Assembly: GCA_963754925.1 (NCBI GenBank)
Contig: CAVWHX010000012.1
Coordinates: forward strand, 1 to 64,000
Reading direction: 5' to 3'
Source: an uncultured delta proteobacterium
GTDB lineage: Bacteria > Myxococcota > B64-G9
DNA: 64,000 nt
Below the pieces are notes generated by a model, which saw only the letters and a program-made list of their open reading frames with translations, had not been told where the DNA came from and did no database searches. Positions 26,098 through 35,277 of this stretch are shown one piece after another (the first letter of the stretch is position 1; each line of letters begins with the position of its first letter). A program made the position numbers and the translations under genes.

Positions 26098-27648
26098 CTA
26101 CGGAGTCCGCGCCTGCGCGCGATTCGAGCCTCCCCGGTAGTGCGCGATCTCGGGGTGCGCCCTGAGCAGGTTCTGGGCGAACTCAAAGCGGTCGAGGAAC
26201 ATGAGCAGGGCGTTGACCTTCAGATCAGGCCAGGTCCACAGAGCCTTGAGTGCCCGGCGCATGACAGCCCTCATGGGCTTGGGTTGTCTGCGCAGCGCGT
26301 TGAGCAGGATCAGACCGACGGCGACCCGGGTCAGGGTGCCCTGATCGCGGGTCTTCGCCGCCCCGCAGGCGTAAGCCTTCTCCAGACGCTCGAAGATCGC
26401 CTCCGCGGAGTAGCTTTGGACGATGGCCCAGCGAAATCCGTCCAGCAGTTCCTGTGCGGACATCCGCGCGGGCTGGTAGCTAACGCAGTAGCCGTTCATA
26501 TCCTCCAGGCGGAAGGGCAGCAACCGCCTGTCGGCCTGCAGGTGTTCCCACAGGCGCGTCCCGGGCGCCGGCGTCAGGATGTTGTACAGCGGGAACTCGA
26601 TCGCCGTCTCCCGAACGAAGTCCAGCGTCCGTTGGAAGATCTCCGGGGTGTCCTGTTCGAAACCGAAGATAAAGTAGGCGTAGACGTTGATACCCCGCGC
26701 GTGGATCCGGGCGATGGCCTCGCGGAAGCGTTCCACCCGGTTGACGCGGCCCTTGTTGACCGCATCGAGGTTCTGCTGGGCAATCGACTCGAACCCGAGC
26801 AGCAGAGTGTCGCAGCCGCTTCGCACGGCAAGATCAAGCAGTTCCTCGTCCTCGGCCAGCGAGAGGCTCGCTTGGCTGCTCCAACGCAGTCTCAGCGGGA
26901 TCAGCGCCTCGAACAGCTGCCGAGCATAGGAGCCATCGGAGACGATGTTGTCGTCTGCGAACATGAGCTTCAGCGGACCCGGTATGCGCTTGAGTTTGGC
27001 GATTTGCTGGATCTCGGCGATTACGTTCCGCACCGGTTTGCTGCGTGGGGGACCGAACAGCGACCGGATCATGCAGAAGTAGCAGGCGTTGGAGCAGCCC
27101 CGGGTGGTCTGCACCAGCTGGGTCAGGTAGTACCGGTTGGCCACCAGATCCCAGCGCGGCAGGACGAGCCGTTGTAGGTCGGGCCGGTTCTTGCAGCGGT
27201 AGACCGGCTGGGGGCGGCCCGAGCGGAAATCCTCGACAAACCGCGGCCAGGTCTCCTCGGCCTCGCCGATGAATACCGAATCGCCGTGCAGCGCCGCTTC
27301 CTCGGGCAGCAGCGTTGCGTGAACACCCCCCAGCGCCACGTGGACTCCGCGCTTGCGGAAGGCATCGGCGATCTGGTAGGCGCGGGGCGCCATGAAGGAC
27401 ACGAAGGTGATGCCGACCACATCCACCGGCTCGTCGAAGGCGATGGGTCCCAGGTTCTCGTCCTCGATCCGTATCTCGACGTCGCCGGGAGTCAGGGCCG
27501 CCAGGGTCGGCAGGGCGAGCGGCATGAACGCCATGGTGCTGCGCGAGCCTACGGACGTCTTGGGTGTCAACAACTTCAGCATGAAGGTGAAGTCGCTCAG
27601 CGTCCCTTCACGGCTGGTGGTCTTCGGCAGGATCAGCCTGATCTTCAT
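26098..27648 (-). CDS. Cobalamin-binding radical SAM protein 1
   Basis: B12-binding-type N-domain (LAALTP, GGVHAT.LP.EA, GEAE); RGCSNACYFC; ADDN; GFES. Confidence 0.9.
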   Translation of the reverse strand: MKIRLILPKTTSREGTLSDFTFMLKLLTPKTSVGSRSTMAFMPLALPTLAALTPGDVEIRIEDENLGPIAFDEPVDVVGITFVSFMAPRAYQIADAFRKRGVHVALGGVHATLLPEEAALHGDSVFIGEAEETWPRFVEDFRSGRPQPVYRCKNRPDLQRLVLPRWDLVANRYYLTQLVQTTRGCSNACYFCMIRSLFGPPRSKPVRNVIAEIQQIAKLKRIPGPLKLMFADDNIVSDGSYARQLFEALIPLRLRWSSQASLSLAEDEELLDLAVRSGCDTLLLGFESIAQQNLDAVNKGRVNRVERFREAIARIHARGINVYAYFIFGFEQDTPEIFQRTLDFVRETAIEFPLYNILTPAPGTRLWEHLQADRRLLPFRLEDMNGYCVSYQPARMSAQELLDGFRWAIVQSYSAEAIFERLEKAYACGAAKTRDQGTLTRVAVGLILLNALRRQPKPMRAVMRRALKALWTWPDLKVNALLMFLDRFEFAQNLLRAHPEIAHYRGGSNRAQARTP

Positions 27649-27651
27649 CCT

Positions 27652-29028
27652 TCATCCTCCTTTGAGGAGCTTTTGGAACGGCCGGATCAGTATGGCCTTG
27701 AACCGGGCGTCGACGGCGCGCCTCAGCGGCGGGATCCATCCGAGCACGAGCAGGATCCGGTTCAGCAGCCGGACCCGCCAGGTGTTGGGCGCCAGATCGT
27801 AGGCGCGGCCCTTTCGAAAGAACGGGTAGTCGGCGCGGAACAGGAAGCGGTTGCGCTTCACGATGTGGCCGCAGACCTTGGCCCCTCCGATCCCCAGGAA
27901 GGTGGGCGGCCGGACGGCACCGGCGGCAACTTCGGCCGCGAGGCGTTGCGCGAGGTGCGCGAGCAAGCCGTCGAGGGCCTTGGCGTCCCCGTCCTCGTCG
28001 GTCACGATCCCCACCAGGTTTGCCATCTGGAACTCCGTCACCACCTCAAAGTACTCGCGCAGGTTGGCGATCTGCCGCAGCGGACCGGATACCACCCAGG
28101 CGATCGCCTTGGCCGCCAGCGTCGGCACGTGCCCGTGGAAAAGGGTTCGATCGAAGAAACGCTTCCACTGCCAGGACAAGAACCGATCGTGGATCTTCCC
28201 GGCGAAGACCAATACGTCTGCACGCATCACCCGCTCGGTGTAGAACCGGACGAAGTCGTCATCGTAGTCCGGGCAGGTGTGCTCGGCACAGCAGCGCACC
28301 GAGCCCCGGCACCCCCCCTGGATATCGATGTCGTCCAAGCTGACCTGTTCGACACTGCCTTCGCAGCAGCCCGCCAAGCGGGCGAGCATCGGTCCGATGT
28401 TGGAGCCCGCCTCGGCGCGATCGCACAGCAGGAGCATGCGCCTGCCCCCGAAGGCCACCCGCTCACCTTCCTGGGCGGGCTCATAGGCAAAAGGCGGGCG
28501 CTGCTGCAGCGGTGCGTAAGCCCGGGGCAGCGGCAGGCCGCCTCCGGCTGCCTCGAAGGCGCCGCGCATAAAGACCTCGAGGCTCCAACGGCAGGGTGGC
28601 TTGAGCAGATCGAACATCTCGGCCGAATAGAACCCGGCAAAGCGCATCCCCAGGTCCTCGCTGACGGCGTGCAAGTAACGGGCCGCCAGCTGATCGAACA
28701 GGTGCGTCGAGGACAACAGGGCCACGGCGGTCTTACCAGCCAGGACCGGGGCGCCAAATGCTTGGTCGACCCACTCGATGAAGCGCTTGACCTGGGCAGG
28801 CACCCCGAAATTGTAGACCGGGCAAGCCCACACCAGAAGCTCGGCGCGCCGGAGTCGGTAGGCGGCGTCTTCCCATTCGGCGGCGTTCTCGACCCAGGCG
28901 CCGTCCTGCAGCGACAACTGGAGCACGTCGTACCGGTGCTCGGGAAAAGACCGCATGACGTAGCGCACGTACTGGAAGGTGACGCTTTGCTCCCCCTTAG
29001 GACTCCCGTTCAGCACCAGGACCTTCAC
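27652..29028 (-). CDS. Tandem flavodoxin-fold NAD(P)H-dependent FMN reductase / iron-sulfur flavoprotein-like protein
   Basis: MKVLVLNGSPKG..S.T and PVYNFGVPAQVKRFI; second domain with CRGSVRCC...C and KRFFDR. Confidence 0.75.
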   Translation of the reverse strand: MKVLVLNGSPKGEQSVTFQYVRYVMRSFPEHRYDVLQLSLQDGAWVENAAEWEDAAYRLRRAELLVWACPVYNFGVPAQVKRFIEWVDQAFGAPVLAGKTAVALLSSTHLFDQLAARYLHAVSEDLGMRFAGFYSAEMFDLLKPPCRWSLEVFMRGAFEAAGGGLPLPRAYAPLQQRPPFAYEPAQEGERVAFGGRRMLLLCDRAEAGSNIGPMLARLAGCCEGSVEQVSLDDIDIQGGCRGSVRCCAEHTCPDYDDDFVRFYTERVMRADVLVFAGKIHDRFLSWQWKRFFDRTLFHGHVPTLAAKAIAWVVSGPLRQIANLREYFEVVTEFQMANLVGIVTDEDGDAKALDGLLAHLAQRLAAEVAAGAVRPPTFLGIGGAKVCGHIVKRNRFLFRADYPFFRKGRAYDLAPNTWRVRLLNRILLVLGWIPPLRRAVDARFKAILIRPFQKLLKGG

Positions 29029-29696
29029 TACGCCTTCCTCTCGACCGGGTGGCAGCCGGAGTGGCCGTGGAGCTTTAGCGAGCGGTGGCGGTAGCCGATC
29101 AGGGGGACCACTACAGAGAGCGAGGCGATCAGGGGGAAGATCCAGGCGAAGCTAATCCCGTTGAATCGGCCCTGGGAGGAAAGCCACTCGCAGAACCCCA
29201 TCCCCGCTCCGTAGACCCCGCCGAAACCAGCGAAGAACCAGGGAGCGTAGTCCAACGCGACGGCCTCCGGCTCCTTCCCGTCGGCCCAGGGTTGGTTGTA
29301 CACGCGCAGGATCCCGACCTGAAGCGCCTTCACGTCATAGAGCACGTTCCAGAACCCCAGGACCGAGGCGTAGATGAAGCCGACCTGAAAGATCCCGGCG
29401 ACGCTCGTCGCGGTGCCGGTGTGGCAAATCCAGCTGATGATGGCGGTGGCGCTTCCGAACACGAACCCGTGGTGCGGGCGGAACCGACCGAGGCGGAAAC
29501 GGGTGTCAAACTCCCAGACCTTGAGCAGATTGGTGCCGATGCCGGGTACCACGTAGGCATACAGGATGGGGGTGAACCATGCCACCGCCACCAGCCAAGG
29601 GTTCCCATCGTAGGTGCGCCACCAGAGCCACAGCGACAGGGGCGTTAGAACAGCGGGCGACAGGTATTGGTACACCGTGAAGGTGAGCTTGCCCAT
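29028..29696 (-). CDS. Hypothetical integral membrane protein
   Basis: About 5-6 hydrophobic segments with a polar RPHHGF motif; tightly packed in the operon. Confidence 0.7.
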   Translation of the reverse strand: MGKLTFTVYQYLSPAVLTPLSLWLWWRTYDGNPWLVAVAWFTPILYAYVVPGIGTNLLKVWEFDTRFRLGRFRPHHGFVFGSATAIISWICHTGTATSVAGIFQVGFIYASVLGFWNVLYDVKALQVGILRVYNQPWADGKEPEAVALDYAPWFFAGFGGVYGAGMGFCEWLSSQGRFNGISFAWIFPLIASLSVVVPLIGYRHRSLKLHGHSGCHPVERKA

Positions 29697-29697
29697 T

Positions 29698-31215
29698 TCA
29701 AACCTGGTCTTCCTCTCGCTCCGAACGCGCCAGCCGGCCGCCCCGCCGCCGGGTCGCGGCGTCCGTGAGCAAGCGCAGCCCACGGTTCAGCAGGTCGTCG
29801 AACGGGCTGAGCAGCTCCTTCGCCAGGCCCTGCGAGAAGATCGAATGACCCGCCGTCGCGTGGAAGCTCTCGGGCCGCTCGACCCCGCGGTAGCCGAGCG
29901 TCATGCCGTGCTTCTTGACCATCTCGTCGCGAAACAGCGGGTTGTAGGCGAAATAGTGGAGCAAGTTCCAGATGTTCTTCATGTTGGTCTTGGTGTCGGT
30001 CGCGCGGTGCAGGATCTGGTAGACCGAGCTGTGGCGCATGCGGGCCTCGAGGCAGGCCTGGGCGAGCTCCTCCGCCGAGCAGTTTTTGGGACGCATCCCG
30101 GTCAGGCCGAACCGGTAGTCGTCGTGCAGCCACCAGCAGCCGTCGTACAGCAGCCGGCCCTCGGCCTTCATCCGGGCGTAAAATGGGGTATTCGGGTAGG
30201 GCATCAGAATGTTGAAGGCGGAGAAAGCGAACTTCTTGGACAGCGCCCACTCGCAGGTCGCGCGGACGCTCGCCGGGGTGTCGTTGTCGTACCCGAGCAG
30301 GAACGCCGCCCAGATGAGCAGGCCCGCCTCGCGGATCCGCTCGACCAGGGGATCGTAGCTGTCGAAGCCCAGGTTGCAGCTCTTCTGCATCTGTTTGAGG
30401 TTGCCCGGATCCAGCGACTCGAAGCCGACCACGAGACCGGAGCAGCCGCTCTCGATCATCAACTCCATCAGGGCCGGATCGGTGGCGAAGGAGAGATCCG
30501 CCTGGCTGAACCAGGAGATCTTCAGCGGAATCAGCGCCCGGAAGAGCTCGGCTGCCATCGGCTTGTTGACGACGATGTTGTCGTCGACGAAGAAGACAAA
30601 CCTACTGCCGTCGCGCGCGAGCTCCCCCACCACCTCCTGGACCGGCCGGCAGCGGTGGCTGCGCTGGTAGATGTTGCCCGTTGCGCAGTACTCGCACCAG
30701 TTGAAGCAACCCCGGCTAAACTGGGTGAGCCGCACCGGCAGGTAGGACTTGCCGGCGAAGATGGACCAGTCGGTCCGGATCCCCTCGAGCGGTCCCACAC
30801 CCCCGCTGCAACCCCGGTAGGTCCGCTGCAGCCGGTTCGATCCCGCGTCCTCGAGCAGCTGCGGCCAGACCGTTTCCGCGTCCCCGAGCACCACGGCGTC
30901 GGCGTGCGCGCTCGCTTCCTCGGGAATCATGGTGGCGTGGTAGCCGCCCAGGATGACCTTGACCCCGCGCTGGCGGAACTGATCGGCGATCTCGTATGCC
31001 CGGCGGGCGGTGTAGATCTCGGTATTGAGGGCGACCAGGTCGGTCGGATCGTCATACGGCACCGCCTCGAATCGATCATCGTACAGCACGCACTCGTGCT
31101 CGGGCGGGGTCAGCCCCTTGAGCACCGCGAAGGTCAGCGGCTCCATGCGGCCACGATCGTAGTACGGCTTGCCATTGACCAACCCCATGTTAGGTTTGAT
31201 GAACGTGATCTTCAT
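29698..31215 (-). CDS. Cobalamin-binding radical SAM protein 2
   Basis: MEPL, GLTP, GGYHAT, RGCFNWCEYC, FFVDDN and GFESL motifs. Confidence 0.9.
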   Translation of the reverse strand: MKITFIKPNMGLVNGKPYYDRGRMEPLTFAVLKGLTPPEHECVLYDDRFEAVPYDDPTDLVALNTEIYTARRAYEIADQFRQRGVKVILGGYHATMIPEEASAHADAVVLGDAETVWPQLLEDAGSNRLQRTYRGCSGGVGPLEGIRTDWSIFAGKSYLPVRLTQFSRGCFNWCEYCATGNIYQRSHRCRPVQEVVGELARDGSRFVFFVDDNIVVNKPMAAELFRALIPLKISWFSQADLSFATDPALMELMIESGCSGLVVGFESLDPGNLKQMQKSCNLGFDSYDPLVERIREAGLLIWAAFLLGYDNDTPASVRATCEWALSKKFAFSAFNILMPYPNTPFYARMKAEGRLLYDGCWWLHDDYRFGLTGMRPKNCSAEELAQACLEARMRHSSVYQILHRATDTKTNMKNIWNLLHYFAYNPLFRDEMVKKHGMTLGYRGVERPESFHATAGHSIFSQGLAKELLSPFDDLLNRGLRLLTDAATRRRGGRLARSEREEDQV

Positions 31216-32557
31216 CCCACTCTCCTCCTTGGGGAATCGCAGCCGCACCCAGTTTGATGCCCTGCTTGCGGTGGACGTCCATGCGCGAGACGACGTTCAT
31301 CGCCAGGTAGACCCAGGCGTTCCGGAAGCTCGACAGGTTCGCTTTGAGATCCAATCCCCGGCGGACGATGCCGGCGGCGGCGTGGAAGGTGAAGCGAGCC
31401 CTCCGCGTGCCCTCGGTGAGCTGCTCCGCAGTCATGCCGCGCGGGCGGAACACCGCCTCGCCGAACCGGTAGCGCGGATCCAGCCACCAGCGGTCGTAGA
31501 TCAGGCGGCCCTCCTGCTGCAACCGCCGGTAGAGGCGGGTGCCGGGATAGGGCTGCAGGTGGTTGAAGTTGGCCATGAAGAACTTCTGCTTGAAGGCGAA
31601 ATCGAGCGTACGCTCGAAGTCCTCCAGCCGGTCCCCGTCGTAGCCGAAGACAAAGGTGGCGTAGACCATGATGCCGTGGTCGCGCAAGATCGCGAGCTTT
31701 CGCTGGTATTCGTCGGTCCGGGACCATCCCTTCCCCATCTGGGACAGATTTCGCCCGTTCAGGGATTCGAGCCCGATGACCAGGCCCACGCAGCCGCTCT
31801 TGACCGTCAGTTCGAGCAGCTCGGGATCGTCCACCACATCCAGGCTCGCCTGGCTGACCCAGTGGAGGCCGAGCGGGGTGATAGCCCGCAGCAACTCCTT
31901 GGATCGCTCGTGATCCGAGATCAGGTTGTCGTCGACGAAGAACACCCAGCGGTGACCGGCGGTGGTGATCTCGCGGACCACGTCGTCGATTTTTCGGGCG
32001 CGCGACGGTCCCTTATAGAAGGCCTTCACGCTGCAGAAGTCGCAATTGTACTTGCACCCGCGGGCAAATTGCACCACCGAGACCGGCGCGTACCGCTTAC
32101 CGTGAAAGACCAAAGTCCTCGCCAGGTAGTCGGGAAGCGGCTGCGACACGTCCTGCTCGTACAGCCGCTTGAGGCTCCCCCGCCGGGCATCCTCCACTAT
32201 GGTCGGCCATTGCCGTTCGGCCTCGCCGATCGCCACCGCGTCCGCGTGGGCGGCGGCCTCGTCCGGACAGAAGCTCGGGTGGAAGCCGCCCATGACCACC
32301 TTGGTGCCCCGGGCGCGGAACCGATCGGCGACCTGGTAGGCCCGCCACGCCTGGAAAGTGCCCACCGAGAGCGCCACCAGATCGAATGGCTCGTCGTAGG
32401 GCAGCTTCTCCAGGCGATCGTCGTACGCTATTACCTCGACGTCGGACGGGGTCAGCCCTGCGAGGATCGCCAGCGCGTAGGGCGTTAGGTTAGTATAGGG
32501 TAGAGCCCGCTTGTTCTCCCAGTAGCTCATCTCGGGGCGTATCAGCGCGATTCTCAT
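31190..32557 (-). CDS. Cobalamin-binding radical SAM protein 3
   Basis: LAGLTP, GGFHPS, GEAE, RGCKYNCDFC, FFVDDN and GLESL motifs. Confidence 0.9.
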   Translation of the reverse strand: MRIALIRPEMSYWENKRALPYTNLTPYALAILAGLTPSDVEVIAYDDRLEKLPYDEPFDLVALSVGTFQAWRAYQVADRFRARGTKVVMGGFHPSFCPDEAAAHADAVAIGEAERQWPTIVEDARRGSLKRLYEQDVSQPLPDYLARTLVFHGKRYAPVSVVQFARGCKYNCDFCSVKAFYKGPSRARKIDDVVREITTAGHRWVFFVDDNLISDHERSKELLRAITPLGLHWVSQASLDVVDDPELLELTVKSGCVGLVIGLESLNGRNLSQMGKGWSRTDEYQRKLAILRDHGIMVYATFVFGYDGDRLEDFERTLDFAFKQKFFMANFNHLQPYPGTRLYRRLQQEGRLIYDRWWLDPRYRFGEAVFRPRGMTAEQLTEGTRRARFTFHAAAGIVRRGLDLKANLSSFRNAWVYLAMNVVSRMDVHRKQGIKLGAAAIPQGGEWDEDHVHQT

Positions 32558-32588
32558 ATAAGCATCCTTACGGCCAAACGAGGCGGGG

Positions 32589-34010
32589 CTAGCATACCCG
32601 CGAACGGTTGATCTCGGCCGGTGCGGCATCTTCGAGCGGGAGGAACCGCGTGATCGGCGCCTGGGCGTCCGCAGCCTGGGCCAAAGCTGCCTTGCCGAAC
32701 AGCGGCATCTCGAAGCCGGGCTGGAAGAACAGCCGCTGGACGAAGATGCGGTAGGTCAGGTTACCCACGAAGGTAATGGGGAAAAAGAACCCCGCCTGCA
32801 GGGTCCGGGCCAAGATCCGGTGTATCTTGAAGGTCTCCCGGTAGGCCCAGCGGAACCCCTCGTACAGCTGCACCGGGCTCATGAGCTTGGGACGGTAGAC
32901 CACGTGCATGGTGTCGTAGTCGCCCCAGTCGTAGCTTAGGATCCGGCCCTCCTGCTCGAGTCGCGTAAAGAGGCGCGAGCCCGGGTAGGGGGTATAGATG
33001 GAGTAGCGCGGGATGTCGATTTTGAGCTCCTGCACCCGCTCGACCGTGTGGGCAAACACGTCGGGGGTGTCCTCGTCGAAACCGAAAACGAAGCACCCCT
33101 GGACGCTGATGCCGGCCTGGTGCAGCATCCGCATCAGTTCGTCGTAGTTATCCTCCTGGTTGAACCCCTTGGCAATAGTGTTCAGCGTGTGTTGGCCGAC
33201 CGATTCGAAACCGATCAGCAGGTACTTGCAGCCGCTCTTCTGCAGCAGATCGAACAGCTCTGGATCCTGGGTGATCTTGGTGGTGGCCAGCCCGCCCCAC
33301 TTCTTCTTGAGCGGGATCATGGCCCGGAGTAGCTCCTTGGCGTACTCGACGTCGTCGAAGGGGCTCACGTCGTTGGTGCACCAGCGCCCGCTGGGGACGG
33401 CCTTGATGTCCCGGATCACATCCGCGATCGGACGGCGCTGGAAGTGCTTCCAGACCCCCGGCACGGTGCAGAAGTCGCACACGTGCATGCAGCCGCGGGT
33501 GATCTGGATGGTGTGGGGCATCATGTAACCGCTCTTGCGCTGGAGATCCCAGCGCGGGGTCGGGATCCCGTAGTAGAGCCCCTCCGGCTCGGGCGCGCGG
33601 TACTCGGCGCGGAGCTTCCCCTGCTTGAAGTCCTGGAGCACCTGCCCCCAGAGGTTCTCGGCCATCCCGACCACGATGGAGTTGGCGAAACTGCGGGCCT
33701 CGTCGGGCATCAGAGTCACGTGCACCCCGCCCAGGATGACGGGGATCCCGCGGCCGCGGAAGTGATCGGCCAGGGCGTAGGACCGCCGCGACGTGCCGGT
33801 GAGCACGCTAATGCCCACCAGATCGACCTGGGCGTCGAGCGGGACTTTATCGACGCTCTCGTCGACGAGCTGGTACTCGACATCGGGCTGGTCGGCAGTA
33901 AGCGCGGCTAGGGTGGTTAGGGTCAGTGGGGCTTCCCGCAGGGAACGAACGTGGTCGCCGATACGCAGCTTGTGCATATGGGCATCCGCCATGATTAGCA
34001 TGACTTTCAT
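32589..34010 (-). CDS. Cobalamin-binding radical SAM protein 4 (divergent)
   Basis: PLTLTTLAALT, GGVHVT, RGCMHVCDFC, GFESV and TPYPGS motifs; the usual DDN is replaced by NDVS. Confidence 0.9.
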   Translation of the reverse strand: MKVMLIMADAHMHKLRIGDHVRSLREAPLTLTTLAALTADQPDVEYQLVDESVDKVPLDAQVDLVGISVLTGTSRRSYALADHFRGRGIPVILGGVHVTLMPDEARSFANSIVVGMAENLWGQVLQDFKQGKLRAEYRAPEPEGLYYGIPTPRWDLQRKSGYMMPHTIQITRGCMHVCDFCTVPGVWKHFQRRPIADVIRDIKAVPSGRWCTNDVSPFDDVEYAKELLRAMIPLKKKWGGLATTKITQDPELFDLLQKSGCKYLLIGFESVGQHTLNTIAKGFNQEDNYDELMRMLHQAGISVQGCFVFGFDEDTPDVFAHTVERVQELKIDIPRYSIYTPYPGSRLFTRLEQEGRILSYDWGDYDTMHVVYRPKLMSPVQLYEGFRWAYRETFKIHRILARTLQAGFFFPITFVGNLTYRIFVQRLFFQPGFEMPLFGKAALAQAADAQAPITRFLPLEDAAPAEINRSRVC

Positions 34011-34127
34011 AGAGCATCTACCTCCATTTCTTCATCTGTTTCAGTTCCGGCATTTATCAACCATCCATTAATGCAGGTTTTTGTATCATACCTTCCCGAA
34101 TTCAGGAAGAGCTTTTTACGCCTCGCC

Positions 34128-35261
34128 TCATAAGAGCGCCACTTCCACGTGGGGAATACGCCCGTCGAGCGACCCTAGCACCGCCGCGCCTTCCTCATCC
34201 CAGTGCACGGTGTACAGCACCGAGCGGTATTCCATATTGAAAAACGCGCGCTTAAGGACCGAGCAGAGCGGGTGCCCGTCGGTCAGCCCGATGGCGACAA
34301 ACGACAGTCCCCTCCCCCGCGCTTCCTCCAGCGCGGCTCCGACCAGCGCCAGGGCGAGATCCGGGTCCTCCGGGTTGGCCGAGAAGTGCGAGAGGTAGGC
34401 GAAGGCGCAGACCTCCCCCTCGCACGGGAGGCGTGGAAGACCAAGCTTGGGGCCGAGCCAGTTTACGGCTGGGACCACGAGCGCGAGCCCCCAGGCATAG
34501 TTGCGGACCACGATCTGCTTAAAGGCACGTTGGTCCCAGACCGCGATGCACCCCACGACCCGATCGCCACTCAGAACCACCAGGAAGTCCTCGGGTCGAA
34601 GGCCGCGCACCCGGGTCGCGCTGGCGAGGTCCTCGGGGGTCCAAACTGGAGCGAACTGATAACGGGTGTACTCGCGTTGCAGGCAGGCCGCTATCTGGGG
34701 GAGCAGGTCCGCCGTGGCCCTGCGAATGACGAAGCGATCCCCGACCGCAGACGTGCTCCTCTTCAGCATGGGGATGAGCAGGGTACTCAGGATTCCCTGC
34801 TCGGTGTACGGCGGGATGCCCGGCCGGGAGGTCGCGAGCGCCCGCCGGGCGAATTCGTTGTCCTCGATGATGGTGGTGATGTAGAGGCGCACCGTGTCTG
34901 CCAGGTGCCGCTCGTGCAGCTTGGCGTAGCCTCGCTTGAGGATCCCCTTGCCGCCGCGATAGGCCGGTGAGATCCGCACCTCGCTCAGGTAACCCAGCCG
35001 CGTTGGATGGCCGTTGACGAAGGCGCGGTGGACCGATCGGCTGCCCATGCCCAGCAGTTCATCGTTACCCTGAAGCCGCGCCATGACAATGTCGTGCTCG
35101 CCGCCCTCAATGGTTGTGGCCAGGAAGAAGCTGGGCTCGCGCTCCATCGACACGGTGAGCCAGCCCGGCATGGGGATCTCGCGCAGTAAGCGCCTGAGGC
35201 CGGCGTCGTCTTTTTCCGTTGCGAAGTCGACCTGGATGGTTTCACCACCAGCGCTTTTCAT
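34128..35261 (-). CDS. GNAT-like (probably tandem) acyltransferase
   Basis: REPSFF and GYLSEVRISPAYRGG (acyl-CoA-binding-like); second GNAT-like half (VVGCIAVWDQ...KQ). Confidence 0.6.
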   Translation of the reverse strand: MKSAGGETIQVDFATEKDDAGLRRLLREIPMPGWLTVSMEREPSFFLATTIEGGEHDIVMARLQGNDELLGMGSRSVHRAFVNGHPTRLGYLSEVRISPAYRGGKGILKRGYAKLHERHLADTVRLYITTIIEDNEFARRALATSRPGIPPYTEQGILSTLLIPMLKRSTSAVGDRFVIRRATADLLPQIAACLQREYTRYQFAPVWTPEDLASATRVRGLRPEDFLVVLSGDRVVGCIAVWDQRAFKQIVVRNYAWGLALVVPAVNWLGPKLGLPRLPCEGEVCAFAYLSHFSANPEDPDLALALVGAALEEARGRGLSFVAIGLTDGHPLCSVLKRAFFNMEYRSVLYTVHWDEEGAAVLGSLDGRIPHVEVALL

Positions 35262-35277
35262 CGCGGGCTCCTTTTCT

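Noticed and set aside
24859..27177. 772-aa ORF suggesting a SpoT fusion with a long novel C-terminus
   Set aside because: A missing A near 26054 skips the true stop at 26087. Repeat copies 2 and 3 show AAAGGC at this position. The extension is just the antisense of radical SAM gene 1.
27286..32488. Long plus-strand ORFs (602, 547 and 439 aa) within island A
   Set aside because: They are antisense shadows of GC-rich genes with clear motifs on the minus strand, and have no recognisable domains.
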